NCBI GenBank assembly: GCA_020630195.1
Contig: JAHDBV010000004.1
Coordinates: forward strand, 6,990 to 70,989
From: Acidimicrobiales bacterium
GTDB lineage: Bacteria; Actinomycetota; Acidimicrobiia; Acidimicrobiales; SZUA-35
Direction: 5' to 3'
Length of the DNA stretch: 64,000 nt
Part shown: positions 1 to 9,232 of the stretch, piece by piece
Layout of the letters: the number at the start of each line of letters is the position of its first letter
Position numbering within the stretch: the stretch's first letter is position 1
The notes under the pieces: generated by a model
Told to the model about the DNA's origin: nothing
The model's input: the letters and a program-made list of their open reading frames with translations, nothing else
Databases searched by the model: none
Program-made: the position numbers and the translations under genes

Positions 1-1
1 C

Positions 2-502
2 CTCGTGGGGCTCACCCAGTCGGAGGCGGCGAACCAGCTCGGCCTCGCCGGTCTGCCGAGCCCCGTCATCGAGCGGGAGTTCTCCTCCGAGGTCGAGGTC
101 GGCCTCGTCATCCGCACCGACCCGGAACCCGGCACCGAGGTCCAGACCGACCGTCAGGTCGTGCTCTGGGTGAGTGAGGGTGTCGAGACCAAGCCGCTGC
201 CGAGTGTGTTGGGCCTCACGGTCGACGCCGCCACCCAGACCCTCGAGAACGACGGGTTCGTCGTGGTGGTCGAAGAGCGTGAGCTGGCCGCCGGATCCTC
301 CGAGATCGGTCGGGTCATCGACATCAGCCCGGGTGCACCGGACGAGCCGATCGAGGTGGGCACCACCGTGACGATCGTGGTGGGTGTGGCCGGCGAAGCC
401 GAGACGACCACGACGACCGAAGCCACGACGACCACCACCGAAGCCGAGTCGACCACGACGACGACCGGTGAGGGCGACGGCGACGGTGGCGACGGGGGCT
501 GA
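2..502 (+). CDS. pknB: Ser/Thr protein kinase, C-terminal PASTA-repeat region (5' partial, continues upstream of window)
   Basis: The frame is open to the window edge. It has two PASTA-like repeats (GLTQSEAANQL...GLVIRTDPEPGTEV...VVLWVSEG and VLGLTVDAATQTLENDGF...IDISPGAPDEPIEVGTTVTIVVG), then a Thr/Glu then Gly/Asp low-complexity tail. The kinase-trpG-crgA synteny is typical of Actinobacteria. Confidence 0.7.
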   Translation, partial: LVGLTQSEAANQLGLAGLPSPVIEREFSSEVEVGLVIRTDPEPGTEVQTDRQVVLWVSEGVETKPLPSVLGLTVDAATQTLENDGFVVVVEERELAAGSSEIGRVIDISPGAPDEPIEVGTTVTIVVGVAGEAETTTTTEATTTTTEAESTTTTTGEGDGDGGDGG

Positions 503-537
503 CCCCGGGCCGACCGGCGGCGATGCGCCGCCGGGGA

Positions 538-1113
538 TCAGCCGCAGCGGTCGAGGAAGTTCTCGAGCAGCTGCATGCCCGACAGGGTGAGCACCGACTC
601 GGGGTGGAACTGCACACCCTCCACGTCGACCTCCCGATGGCGCAGCCCCATGATGAGCCCGTCACGCGAGCGGGCGGTCACCTCGAGGCAGTCGGGCACG
701 GTGGCGGCGTCGACGATGAGGGAGTGGTAGCGGGTCGCCTCGAGGGGCTGGGGCAGGCCCGAGAACACGCCGATGTCGCCGTGTTCGATCTGGGAGGTCT
801 TGCCGTGCATCAGCTCGGGCGCCCGGATCACGTCGCCGCCGTAGAGCTGCCCGATGCTCTGATGTCCGAGGCAGACCCCGAACACGGGCACCTTGCCGGC
901 GAAGTGTTCGATCGCGTCGATGGACACTCCGGCGTCGTCGGGTGTGCCGGGCCCGGGGGAGATGAGCACACCATCGGGTGCCATCGCGTCGAGTTCGTCG
1001 ACGGTGTGGGCGTCGTTGCGGACCACCACCGGCTCGGCCCCGAGCTCACCCAGGTACTGCACGAGGATGTAGACGAACGAGTCGTAGTTGTCGATCACGA
1101 GCACACGGGCCAC
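538..1113 (-). CDS. trpG: Glutamine amidotransferase, anthranilate / aminodeoxychorismate synthase component II
   Basis: Class-I GATase motifs are present: [27 protein letters not shown] (catalytic Cys) and GVQFHPES. The GTG at 1113 ([11 protein letters not shown]) fits family length better than the ORF-track start at 1185. Confidence 0.9.
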   Translation of the reverse strand: MARVLVIDNYDSFVYILVQYLGELGAEPVVVRNDAHTVDELDAMAPDGVLISPGPGTPDDAGVSIDAIEHFAGKVPVFGVCLGHQSIGQLYGGDVIRAPELMHGKTSQIEHGDIGVFSGLPQPLEATRYHSLIVDAATVPDCLEVTARSRDGLIMGLRHREVDVEGVQFHPESVLTLSGMQLLENFLDRCG

Positions 1114-1178
1114 GGTCCGAGCGTACCGGTGGAGTCCCGACCGCTCGGTGGGGTTTCCGGCACGGCTAGAGTCGGCCC

Positions 1179-1454
1179 GTGGCACGTCCGAAGAAGACCT
1201 CGCGAGTGACGCCCAAGGGCACCAAGTCGACGCCGCCGGCGGCCGAAGCCGAGGGGGTCATCGTCCCCACCGAGGCGCAGCTCTCCGAGGGTTCGCCGCC
1301 ATGGGTGCCGGCTCTCATGTTCGGTGGGCTCGGCCTCGGCGTGGTGCTCATCTTCGTGAACTACCTGATCCTGTCCGACCCGTCGAACTGGTGGCTGCTC
1401 GGTGGCCTGCTGCTCGTCCTGGTCGGGATCGTCGCCGCGACGCGCTACCAGTGA
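1179..1454 (+). CDS. crgA: Cell division protein CrgA
   Basis: 91 aa with a basic N-terminus ([15 protein letters not shown]) and two TM helices ([21 protein letters not shown]; [20 protein letters not shown]). Position next to trpG and the PASTA kinase fits crgA. Confidence 0.85.
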   Translation: MARPKKTSRVTPKGTKSTPPAAEAEGVIVPTEAQLSEGSPPWVPALMFGGLGLGVVLIFVNYLILSDPSNWWLLGGLLLVLVGIVAATRYQ

Positions 1455-1458
1455 TCGG

Positions 1459-1483
1459 CCCTCGGTGCCTCCTGGCGCCGAGG
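1459..1483 (+). terminator. Hairpin after crgA (CCCTCGGTGCC-TCCT-GGCGCCGAGG)
   Basis: A 10-11 bp GC-rich inverted repeat with a 4-nt loop begins 5 nt after the crgA stop. It lies in a convergent intergenic region. There is no U-tract, which is common in high-GC actinobacteria. Confidence 0.45.
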
Positions 1484-1575
1484 TGAATTCCAGGTTGCGG
1501 AACGGCGGCCGCCCACAGTGTTGTCCACAGGATGTGGAAACGCGTTCCGTGGTGTTTTGACCGGAAACCGGTCGG

Positions 1576-2004
1576 TCACATCACGTCGTCGAGGTTGGTG
1601 AGCAACTCCATCTCGTCGGCACAGTGACGAGGCGGATCGGGCACCTGATCGTTCGCGTGGGTCATCCGGAGTTCCGTGCCGCATGACGGGCAGCGGTACT
1701 TGAGCCGCACCCGGCGGAGCTCACCGGCCGGGGGCGCCTCGGGGATCGGTCGGGCGAACGACCCGACGACCCGGAAGCCGAACATCAGCAGCACGTAGGC
1801 CGAGCCGACGGCGATGGCCGCCCGGACCCAGGGTTGACCCAGGCCGAGCGTGAGACCGAGATAGAGCGCGACCGCGGCCACCACCACGATCCGACGCCGA
1901 CGGCGCTGCACGGCGAGGTCACGGCTCTTCGCCGTGCTCTCCACGGGCCGATCGTCGTCGTCGATCCGGTCGGGGAGTTCGGTGGTGGGTTCGAAGTCGG
2001 ACAT
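1576..2004 (-). CDS. Hypothetical membrane protein with C-terminal CxxC...C zinc-ribbon-like motif
   Basis: ATG at 2004 (MSDFEPT). It has two hydrophobic helices (IVVVAAVALYLGLTLGL; AIAVGSAYVLLMFGF) followed by KYRCPSCGTELRMTH...HCADEMEL. No family recognised. Confidence 0.55.
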   Translation of the reverse strand: MSDFEPTTELPDRIDDDDRPVESTAKSRDLAVQRRRRRIVVVAAVALYLGLTLGLGQPWVRAAIAVGSAYVLLMFGFRVVGSFARPIPEAPPAGELRRVRLKYRCPSCGTELRMTHANDQVPDPPRHCADEMELLTNLDDVM

Positions 2005-2035
2005 GGTGCCTCTGCCGGGAGCGTACCGACCCGGG

Positions 2036-2800
2036 TCAGGCCGACGAAGTGTCGGGCGACGAGTCGCCGTCACCCGAGCGCAGATGCCCGATCAGGAAGA
2101 TGGCGCCGAAGAGGCCGAGCCAGGTGAACGGGTTCCTCGCCACACGGATGAAGACCTCGGCGGCACCCTCGGTGGCGGGGATGCGAAGCGCGACCATGGC
2201 GGCCGCCGCCACCGCGGCCGAGACGAGCCCGACGGTGCCGGCCGAGAGCACCACGGCGGTCGCGACCATCGGCCGGCGCCGGGCGATGCCCGGTGTGCCG
2301 GTGGCGAGCACGTCGACCAGCGCCACGGCCGACGCGCCGGCGAGGTAGGCGATGCCCCAGCGGGTGCTCCACGACATGTCGGCCCAGGGGGTCACCCACC
2401 CCTTCGAGCGGAGTGATCGTCCGATCCGTTCGACGGTGCGGGGGAGCAGTCCGGCACCGGTGAGCACCACCACGGCGTCGATCGTCTGGGTGACACCCCA
2501 GAAGAGCGCACCGGTGAGCCCGGCCGCGCCGACGGCCACCAGTCCCCGGCTCCAGCTGTCGCCGTCGTCGACACCGTCGAAGGCCCGGGACACGAACGTC
2601 GGCAGCAGGGCGTCGTTGCCGAAGCCCCACTGGAAGGCGATCCACACGACCATGACGACCGCGGCGACGGCGGCGAGGCCACGGGTCGCGCCGATGTCGG
2701 CCCGGATCGTCGCGATGATGCCCGGCTCGGCGTCGGCAGCATCGGGCGGGCTCACTCGGGTCACAGTAAGCCGTGGGTCGACTCGGCTCCGAGTCGGCAC
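2036..2800 (-). CDS. Hypothetical polytopic membrane protein
   Basis: 254-aa ORF with about 6 hydrophobic segments and GC3-rich codons. No recognisable family. The start is uncertain. Confidence 0.55.
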   Translation of the reverse strand: MPTRSRVDPRLTVTRVSPPDAADAEPGIIATIRADIGATRGLAAVAAVVMVVWIAFQWGFGNDALLPTFVSRAFDGVDDGDSWSRGLVAVGAAGLTGALFWGVTQTIDAVVVLTGAGLLPRTVERIGRSLRSKGWVTPWADMSWSTRWGIAYLAGASAVALVDVLATGTPGIARRRPMVATAVVLSAGTVGLVSAAVAAAAMVALRIPATEGAAEVFIRVARNPFTWLGLFGAIFLIGHLRSGDGDSSPDTSSA

Positions 2801-2856
2801 CCCTCACTAGCTGATTTGGGGTGTTTTCCGGCGGCGAGAGGCCTGGTCGCGGAGGG

Positions 2857-3702
2857 TCAGCCGGCGGTGACGGTGAGTGGCAGATCCGCCGGCAACTCGC
2901 CCCGGAGATGGGCGTGGAGGCGGGCCGCTTCGCTGGGCCACGGCGACTTCAGATCGAGCATCGGGAGGCGAGTGCCACCCCGACTGGTCTCGTCACTCCG
3001 CATGATCGTGGCGAGATACTCCCGGTCGCTCGAGCGAAGCCACGGAGTGCCGTACGGGTGGCGTGGCGAGACGGTCGGTTGGAAGGGGTAGCCCTTGATG
3101 TCGAGCGCCGGTCCGAGATCGACGAAGGGGTAGCCGAACTTCGCGAATGCCCTTCGTGCCGGCGGGTAGATCACCTGCCACGAGCCGAACGCCGCGCACT
3201 CATGGGTCAGGCGCGTGTGCATGCCGACGATGAGCTTCATCGGCCAACCACGGTCGGCGGACCGCCACTCCGGCAACACCGAGAACGTGGCACCCTCGAT
3301 ATACGCGCCGCTCGGATCGAAACCCGCATCACGTAGCAGGTCGAGGCCGTCGAGATCCCAGAAATCCCGGCAGTCGGCGGTCATCTTGTGACCCTCGATC
3401 GGGCCGACAATCGAGCGCACCGACGCCACCGGCGTGCCGGTGGGGTGATGCACGATGAGGGTCCAGATCGACCGGTCGTCGTAGTCCTCGAACTCCTCCA
3501 CGAGCTCGTCCGGGGTGAGGTCGAACTGGTCGGCGAAGACCATGCGTTCGATCCACTCACCGGCGATCGCGAGGCCGGGGTTCGAGGCACTCGAGGCCTG
3601 GTAGACACCCCAGCGACAGTCGGGCCGATCGATGAGATCCGTCGCCAGGCGCTGCGCGTCGGCGAGGCCTGCGGCACCTCCTGGCAGTCGTTGGATCGGC
3701 AT
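2857..3702 (-). CDS. Hypothetical protein (possibly GNAT-like acyltransferase fold)
   Basis: ATG at 3702 is preceded by GGGAGA. The 281-aa product has a non-repetitive sequence. The fold assignment is only a guess. Confidence 0.5.
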   Translation of the reverse strand: MPIQRLPGGAAGLADAQRLATDLIDRPDCRWGVYQASSASNPGLAIAGEWIERMVFADQFDLTPDELVEEFEDYDDRSIWTLIVHHPTGTPVASVRSIVGPIEGHKMTADCRDFWDLDGLDLLRDAGFDPSGAYIEGATFSVLPEWRSADRGWPMKLIVGMHTRLTHECAAFGSWQVIYPPARRAFAKFGYPFVDLGPALDIKGYPFQPTVSPRHPYGTPWLRSSDREYLATIMRSDETSRGGTRLPMLDLKSPWPSEAARLHAHLRGELPADLPLTVTAG

Positions 3703-3899
3703 CGTGGTCTCCCGGGATCTGGCCCCACGCCATGATCGAGGGGCCGGATGATAGGACCGCAGGTCCCTACCGGCCGGTTCGATGCACGTCCTCCGCACCC
3801 CAAGCATGCCGTTCCGTGCCCCGAACCGGTGGGTCGCGGGACGGACGTCACCCGGGCAGATCTGCATGATCCCGGTCAATTCCCACGGAGCGCGGCCGA

Positions 3900-6764
3900 T
3901 TGGCCATTGAGCGTCGTGGACGAATGTCCCGATCTCAACCCGCTCTCATGCCCACTCGAACCCCGGCAGTCGCCCCGGCCAACGGCCCCGACCAGCGATC
4001 GACCATCAGTCGATGGCTGCTCTTGGCGACGCTCGTCGCGGCCGCCTTGCCGTCGCTCGAGGTCTCGTCGACGGTCTCGGCGGGGGTCGGCGGCGTTTCC
4101 TTCCTGGTGGCTCACGGCCTTCTGCGGAAACGCTTCCTGCCGAGATCCCTGAGGGCGCTCCATCTCGCCATGGGTCTCTACGCCGCCGGCATGGTGACCC
4201 GCGTGGTGGAGGCGGGCATCAACGGTGGTGAACTTGTCCTGCCGGGTATCGCCGACCTCTTCACCCTGCCCGCGCTGGCCTTCGGGGTCTATGGGGCGGT
4301 CCGGGCCGCGCTCGCCCGCCACGCCCTCTCCCGGCTCTCCGACGTCGCCGACGCCTTCATCATCGGCATCGCCGCCATGACCCTGGCGATGACGTTCTCG
4401 GCGGCCTATCTGTTCGACGGCACGCTGCCACTCGGCGAACGGGGCACGGGACTGCTCTACTCCTCGATGGAGCTGCTGTTCCTCCCGATCATCGTGCTGT
4501 TGCTGCTCGGCCCGGGTGCCCGGACCTCGGCGTCGCGGTACCTCGCCGGTGTCGGTGTGTTCACCATGGCGCTCGACACCACGATCAACGTGCTCTACGC
4601 CCAGGATCTGCCCGGCGTGGCCGGCAACGTGGTGCGTCTCGCCGGTGTGCCGATCGCTCTCTACGCGATGGCCACGTCGTTCGCCGACTACGAGGACTTC
4701 GCCCGCCCCGGCGTGCGGGAGCAGGAGCACCGTGGCTTCGCCCTGTTCGCCGTGACGGCGGCCGTGGTCGTCGTCACCGTCATCGTGCATCCCTCGACGG
4801 TCAGCGTCGGCGGCGCCCTCGTCTACGCCGTCGCCGTGTCGGTCCGGATCGCCCTCGCCAACTCCGTGGCCACCCGCCTCGAGCTGCTCATCGACACCCA
4901 ACGCGACATGGCCGAGGCCCTCGCCGACGCCGACACCCCCGTCACGGCGCTCGCCGCGGGTCGCGAGGCCTGCCGGAAGATCACCCGTCGCCCGCTCGAG
5001 TCCATCGCCGTGTCGATGGCCGACGGCGACCAGAGTGGTTCCCTGACCAACCCGCACCCCTTCGAACTCGCCTCGCGGAACGGCTCGGTGACGCTGCTGT
5101 TCGACAAGACCCCCGAGAGCAACACCCTGCCCGCACTGTCCCAGCTCGCCGACACCCTCGGCTTCGCCGTCGATGCCGTGTCGGCCCGGGTCGAGCGCAT
5201 CCAGGCCCGGGCCACCGCCGACTGGCGCGCCCTCAGCGGGAGCAGTAGCGAGGTCGCGTTCATCCTCGACGCCGAGGGTGTTGTCACCACGGCCACCCCC
5301 AACGCCGGCGGCATGGTCGGCCGCGAGCCCGTCGGTGAACACCTCAGTCAACTGCTCGGTGCTGATGTCACCCCGCTGCTCGACGGCCAGGACAGCGAAG
5401 CGCTGGTCGAGTCCGACGGTGGCGACCCCAACCGCCCGCAGGATTCCCGATGGGTCGCGTTCTCGATCCAACCCGGCGGCAACGACACCCGGATCTTCAC
5501 CGTGCGCGACGCCACCGACGTCGTGCTCGCCGAACTCACCGACGCCGTCACCGGCCTGTCGAACCTGCGTCGCTTCCACAAGGACGGGGCGATCGAACAA
5601 GCCACGGTCGTCATGTTCCGGATCGAGGGTCTCTCGCGGATCAATGAGGCCATCGGCAAGCAGGCGGGCGACGAGCTCTTCGACACCCTCGCCGACCGAC
5701 TCCGCTCGACCTTCCGCTCCGGCATCGACCGGCTCTACCGCGGCGAGGGCCCGGCTCTGTTGGCCGTCGTGCACGGCGCCGATCAGGCCGACGAGTGGAT
5801 CGCCCAACGAGCCGAAGCGCTCGCCCGTCCGTTCCACGGCCAGGAGCTGCGAGTCCGCAGCTTCGTCCTCCCAGTCGGCGACTCGACCGCGGTCACCACG
5901 GTCATGCGCCGCCTCGAGATGATGGTCGGCCACGCCGGCGGCGCCGACACCCTCGTGCGCTTCTCGCCGGAGCTCGAAGCGAAGGTCGAACGCCGCCTGC
6001 GGATCGAGACCGAACTCGCCATCGCCGTCGACGATCCGGCCGCCGCCGGTCTCGAGGTCCACTACCAGCCGATCGTCGGCTCGACCGACTCCTTCGTCGA
6101 CCGCATCGAGGCGCTCGTGCGGTGGTTCCACCCCGAGCTCGGATTCATCTCCCCGGCGGAGTTCATCCCCGTGGCCGAGGCCACCGGTCACCTCTCGGCG
6201 ATCGACGCCTTCGTGCTCAGCACCGGCCTCCGCGACCTCGTGCGGTTCAAGCGGACCCAGCCCGATCTCCATCTCCAGGTGAACACCAGCCCGGTCGTGA
6301 TGACCGTCGAGCGGTTGGAGGAGATCACCACCGAGATCACCGCCGCCGGCCTCCAGGGTTCGGTGACGATCGAGATCATCGAGTCGGTGATCGGCGACGA
6401 CGCACTCGACCTCCTGCTCTCGGGCTTCCGGAAGCTGCGCGAGGCCGGCATCGGCCTCTCGTGCGACGACTTCGGGACCGGTGAGGCCAACATGCACCGC
6501 CTCAGCGTGTTGCCGCTCACCCAGGTGAAGCTGGCCGGTGCCCTCACCGACAACTACTCCGACACCGCCATGGGTGTGATGGTGGCCACCATCCAGTCGC
6601 TCGGCTACGAGATCGTGGTGGAGAACGTCGAGACCGCCGACCAGGCGATGGCTCTCACCGCGGCCGGTGCCGAATACCTCCAGGGCTGGCTGATCTCGAA
6701 GTCGTTGCCGGCCGACGAGCTGGTGTCGTTCATCGACCAGCACCAGCACACCCGCGCCGGCTGA
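3900..6764 (+). CDS. Membrane sensor protein with degenerate GGDEF domain and intact EAL (c-di-GMP phosphodiesterase) domain
   Basis: The N-terminal ~290 aa are polytopic membrane. The GGDEF-like region (LSNLRRF...AGDELF...) has RGEGP in place of GGDEF. EAL-domain motifs are present: YQPIV, IEALVRW, QVNTSP, IEIIES, CDDFGTG, EYLQGW. Alternative ATG start at 3924. Confidence 0.85.
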   Translation: MAIERRGRMSRSQPALMPTRTPAVAPANGPDQRSTISRWLLLATLVAAALPSLEVSSTVSAGVGGVSFLVAHGLLRKRFLPRSLRALHLAMGLYAAGMVTRVVEAGINGGELVLPGIADLFTLPALAFGVYGAVRAALARHALSRLSDVADAFIIGIAAMTLAMTFSAAYLFDGTLPLGERGTGLLYSSMELLFLPIIVLLLLGPGARTSASRYLAGVGVFTMALDTTINVLYAQDLPGVAGNVVRLAGVPIALYAMATSFADYEDFARPGVREQEHRGFALFAVTAAVVVVTVIVHPSTVSVGGALVYAVAVSVRIALANSVATRLELLIDTQRDMAEALADADTPVTALAAGREACRKITRRPLESIAVSMADGDQSGSLTNPHPFELASRNGSVTLLFDKTPESNTLPALSQLADTLGFAVDAVSARVERIQARATADWRALSGSSSEVAFILDAEGVVTTATPNAGGMVGREPVGEHLSQLLGADVTPLLDGQDSEALVESDGGDPNRPQDSRWVAFSIQPGGNDTRIFTVRDATDVVLAELTDAVTGLSNLRRFHKDGAIEQATVVMFRIEGLSRINEAIGKQAGDELFDTLADRLRSTFRSGIDRLYRGEGPALLAVVHGADQADEWIAQRAEALARPFHGQELRVRSFVLPVGDSTAVTTVMRRLEMMVGHAGGADTLVRFSPELEAKVERRLRIETELAIAVDDPAAAGLEVHYQPIVGSTDSFVDRIEALVRWFHPELGFISPAEFIPVAEATGHLSAIDAFVLSTGLRDLVRFKRTQPDLHLQVNTSPVVMTVERLEEITTEITAAGLQGSVTIEIIESVIGDDALDLLLSGFRKLREAGIGLSCDDFGTGEANMHRLSVLPLTQVKLAGALTDNYSDTAMGVMVATIQSLGYEIVVENVETADQAMALTAAGAEYLQGWLISKSLPADELVSFIDQHQHTRAG

Positions 6765-6793
6765 TCGACCGCACCGTCTCGCCCGACCCCGAG

Positions 6794-7318
6794 GTGCGCC
6801 GCTCGGTAGTGTCGCCGATCGTGATCGTCCGTCGCCGCCTTCCCCGTGTGCTGCTGGCACTCGCGTTGCTGGCGGGCGCCTGCGGTTCGGGCAACGGACT
6901 CGACGAGGAGGCCCGGGCCGATCTGGCCGGTGCGCTGTCGGCGGCCGCCGCAGAGGTCGGGCTCGTGCTCACCACCGACGGGGTCGACTGCGCCGCCGAA
7001 CAGCTCGACGACGAGGCCGCGGCCGCTGCCATGGAGCCCGCGGACTCCTGGGACGATCCGACCGGGGTCGCGGTGGCCGAGGTGCTGGTCTCGTGCGTGG
7101 GCTCGGTGCCCCTGATGCGGGCGGAGATGGATGCCCTCGCCCCGGGTCTCGATCCCGAGTCGTCGGATTGTGTGGCCGAACGCCTCGATGGTGAGGTGGT
7201 CGCCGACCTCATCGACGACGCGCTCCGCCGTCGTGCCCGGAGCGGCCCGGCGGTCGAGGTGGAGCTGAGCGCCGCGCTGGCGTTGTGCCTCAGCCCGAGC
7301 GAGCTGCTCGGGCTCTGA
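6794..7318 (+). CDS. Putative secreted lipoprotein
   Basis: Signal peptide with lipobox (LLALALLAGAC-GSG). The mature part is acidic and contains four Cys. Confidence 0.6.
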   Translation: MRRSVVSPIVIVRRRLPRVLLALALLAGACGSGNGLDEEARADLAGALSAAAAEVGLVLTTDGVDCAAEQLDDEAAAAAMEPADSWDDPTGVAVAEVLVSCVGSVPLMRAEMDALAPGLDPESSDCVAERLDGEVVADLIDDALRRRARSGPAVEVELSAALALCLSPSELLGL

Positions 7319-7330
7319 GCTCGAGCCGGC

Positions 7331-8284
7331 TCAGTACCCCTTCGACCGGTCGATCGCGGTGCCCGGGGTCCGACCGGCCTCGAGGTCGGCCAGGTTCGCG
7401 ACCATGATCTCGGTGGCGCGGGCCACGAAGTCGACGGTGAATCCGGCCACGTGGGGGGTCACGAGCAGACCGGGCACGTTCCACCAGCGGCTGTCGTCCG
7501 GCAACGGTTCGGTCTCGAACACGTCGATGGCGGCCGCCCGGAGCTGGCCCGCCTCGAGCGCATCGGCGACGGCGTCGAGCGACACGATGCCGCCACGGCT
7601 GACGTCGACGAGGAGGGCGCCGCGACGGAGACGACCGATCTCGGCGGCGCCGATGAGTCCCTTCGTCTCCTCGGTGAGCGGCACCACCACCACCACGGCG
7701 TCGGCGCCGTCGAGCACCTCACCGGCACGATCGATCGGCACCACCGTGTCGAACCCGTCGACCGGCCGACCCGAACGGTTGACCCCGTCGACCCGCATGC
7801 CGATCCCCCGGGCGAGCTCCGCGATGTCGGTGCCGATGGCACCGGCACCGACGACGACGAGGCGTTTGCCGTGCAGCACGACGGGAGCGAACAGGCGCCA
7901 TTCCCGTTGGTCCTGGCGTCGCACCATGCCGGGGATGTCACGGGACAACCCGAGCAGCATCGCCAGCACGAACTCCTGCATCTGGGGCCGGTGGATGTTC
8001 GGGGCGTTGCAGACGTGCACGGCATCGGGCAGGTCGGGTGCGGGCAGGATCGAATCGACCCCGGCGGCACCCACCTGGAGCATCCGGAGCTTCGTGGCCG
8101 CGGCCCAGTGATCCCGGGGTGCCCGGAACGCGTAGAGCACCTCGATGTCGCCCATGGCCGCGATGAGCTGGTCGGGCTCGTCGTGGACGACCAGCTCGAG
8201 GTCGGGCCGGGCGGCCGACAGCGGCTCGGTCACCATGGAGGAGAAGTTCGGCAGGTAGACGTCCACCCGCTGCACGGGGGCCAT
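7331..8284 (-). CDS. D-isomer-specific 2-hydroxyacid dehydrogenase family, NAD-binding
   Basis: Rossmann motif VVVGAGAIGTDIAELARGIGMRV, catalytic-region pattern (LLVDVSRGGIV...D; TPHVAG). The start ATG at 8284 (or GTG at 8287) overlaps the stop of the upstream gene. Confidence 0.85.
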   Translation of the reverse strand: MAPVQRVDVYLPNFSSMVTEPLSAARPDLELVVHDEPDQLIAAMGDIEVLYAFRAPRDHWAAATKLRMLQVGAAGVDSILPAPDLPDAVHVCNAPNIHRPQMQEFVLAMLLGLSRDIPGMVRRQDQREWRLFAPVVLHGKRLVVVGAGAIGTDIAELARGIGMRVDGVNRSGRPVDGFDTVVPIDRAGEVLDGADAVVVVVPLTEETKGLIGAAEIGRLRRGALLVDVSRGGIVSLDAVADALEAGQLRAAAIDVFETEPLPDDSRWWNVPGLLVTPHVAGFTVDFVARATEIMVANLADLEAGRTPGTAIDRSKGY

Positions 8285-9189
8285 CACGCCACCGCCTGGT
8301 AGCGGCCGGGCTCGACCTCGGTGGCCTCACCACGGTCGAGCATGCGGGCCACGTGCATCTCCGCCGAGCGGGCCTCGACCGAGTCGGCGAAGGCGTGCTG
8401 CACGTGCGGTCGGTAGATGAACCGGGTGCGGACCATGTCGTCGATCGTGTGCGGCTCGGCGAGGAACGAGAGCATCGCGTCGTGGCGGCGGGCGATCACC
8501 GCGTGGAAGGCGTCGAGGCGCTCCACGAAGGTCTCGCGGCCCTCGATGATGCCCTTGTGATGGAAGGTCACGAACCAGTCGGCCTCCTCGTCACGCATCT
8601 GCACGAGGCTCGCCTCGAAGTCGTCGAGGTCGGACCAGACGTCGCCGTAGTAGGGGCCGAAGCCGGTGAGGTCGATGTCGGCGCAGAAGAACACACCCCC
8701 GTCGATCCGGAAGCCCGAGTGGCCGCGGGTGTGGCCGGGCAGGTGCACCGCCTCGACCCGGACCCCGCCGAGGTCGAACACGTCTCCGTCGCGGAATCCC
8801 GTCGCGTCGGGGCGGGGGGTGTAGTGGAACTCGGTGAGGATCGTCTCGGAGAACGACGTCCTCGCCTCACCCTCGAGGCCGTAGACCTCGAGCAGCCCGT
8901 CGAGGGAGTGGGCGCCGGGCAGGTCCTCGTCGTGGATGTGGACCCGGGCATCGGCGAAGAGGCCGTTGCCGGCCATGTGATCCTCGTGGGAGTGCGAGTT
9001 GAGCACGATCGTCACCGGCACGTGGGCGCCGCCTTCGGCCACCACCGTGACCGACGGGTCGATGATGGCGGTGTCGTCCTCGCCGACGATCACCACCGAG
9101 TTGCCCGAGGGGTACGCCCCCACGTTCTCGCCCTCCAACACCGCCACCCGATCGGTGAGCTTCCGGATGTCCCGTGACCACGTCGTCAT
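8284..9189 (-). CDS. MBL-fold metallo-hydrolase
   Basis: HxHxDH motif (HSHEDHMAG) and a downstream His (LPGHTRGH). ATG at 9189 (MTTWSRD) gives family-typical length. Confidence 0.8.
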   Translation of the reverse strand: MTTWSRDIRKLTDRVAVLEGENVGAYPSGNSVVIVGEDDTAIIDPSVTVVAEGGAHVPVTIVLNSHSHEDHMAGNGLFADARVHIHDEDLPGAHSLDGLLEVYGLEGEARTSFSETILTEFHYTPRPDATGFRDGDVFDLGGVRVEAVHLPGHTRGHSGFRIDGGVFFCADIDLTGFGPYYGDVWSDLDDFEASLVQMRDEEADWFVTFHHKGIIEGRETFVERLDAFHAVIARRHDAMLSFLAEPHTIDDMVRTRFIYRPHVQHAFADSVEARSAEMHVARMLDRGEATEVEPGRYQAVA

Positions 9190-9232
9190 GGCCGGGGAAG
9201 CTACACCGCCGCGCTCGTGCGACACTGCCCGA

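Noticed and set aside
403-502. Thr-rich and Gly/Asp tail (TTTTEATTTTTEAESTTTTTGEGDGDGGDGG) of the PASTA kinase as a special repeat element
   Set aside because: It is a short low-complexity C-terminal linker or tail, likely just a disordered (possibly glycosylated) extracellular end. There is no DNA-level repeat structure beyond codon reiteration.
3876-6860. 994-aa ORF on the minus strand, the longest in the track
   Set aside because: It is exactly antisense to the GGDEF/EAL gene. Its product is a low-complexity Gly/Arg/Asp/His/Val string with no domain motifs. The plus-strand frame carries clear TM, GGDEF-like and EAL motifs. Stop-free antisense frames are expected at about 70% GC.
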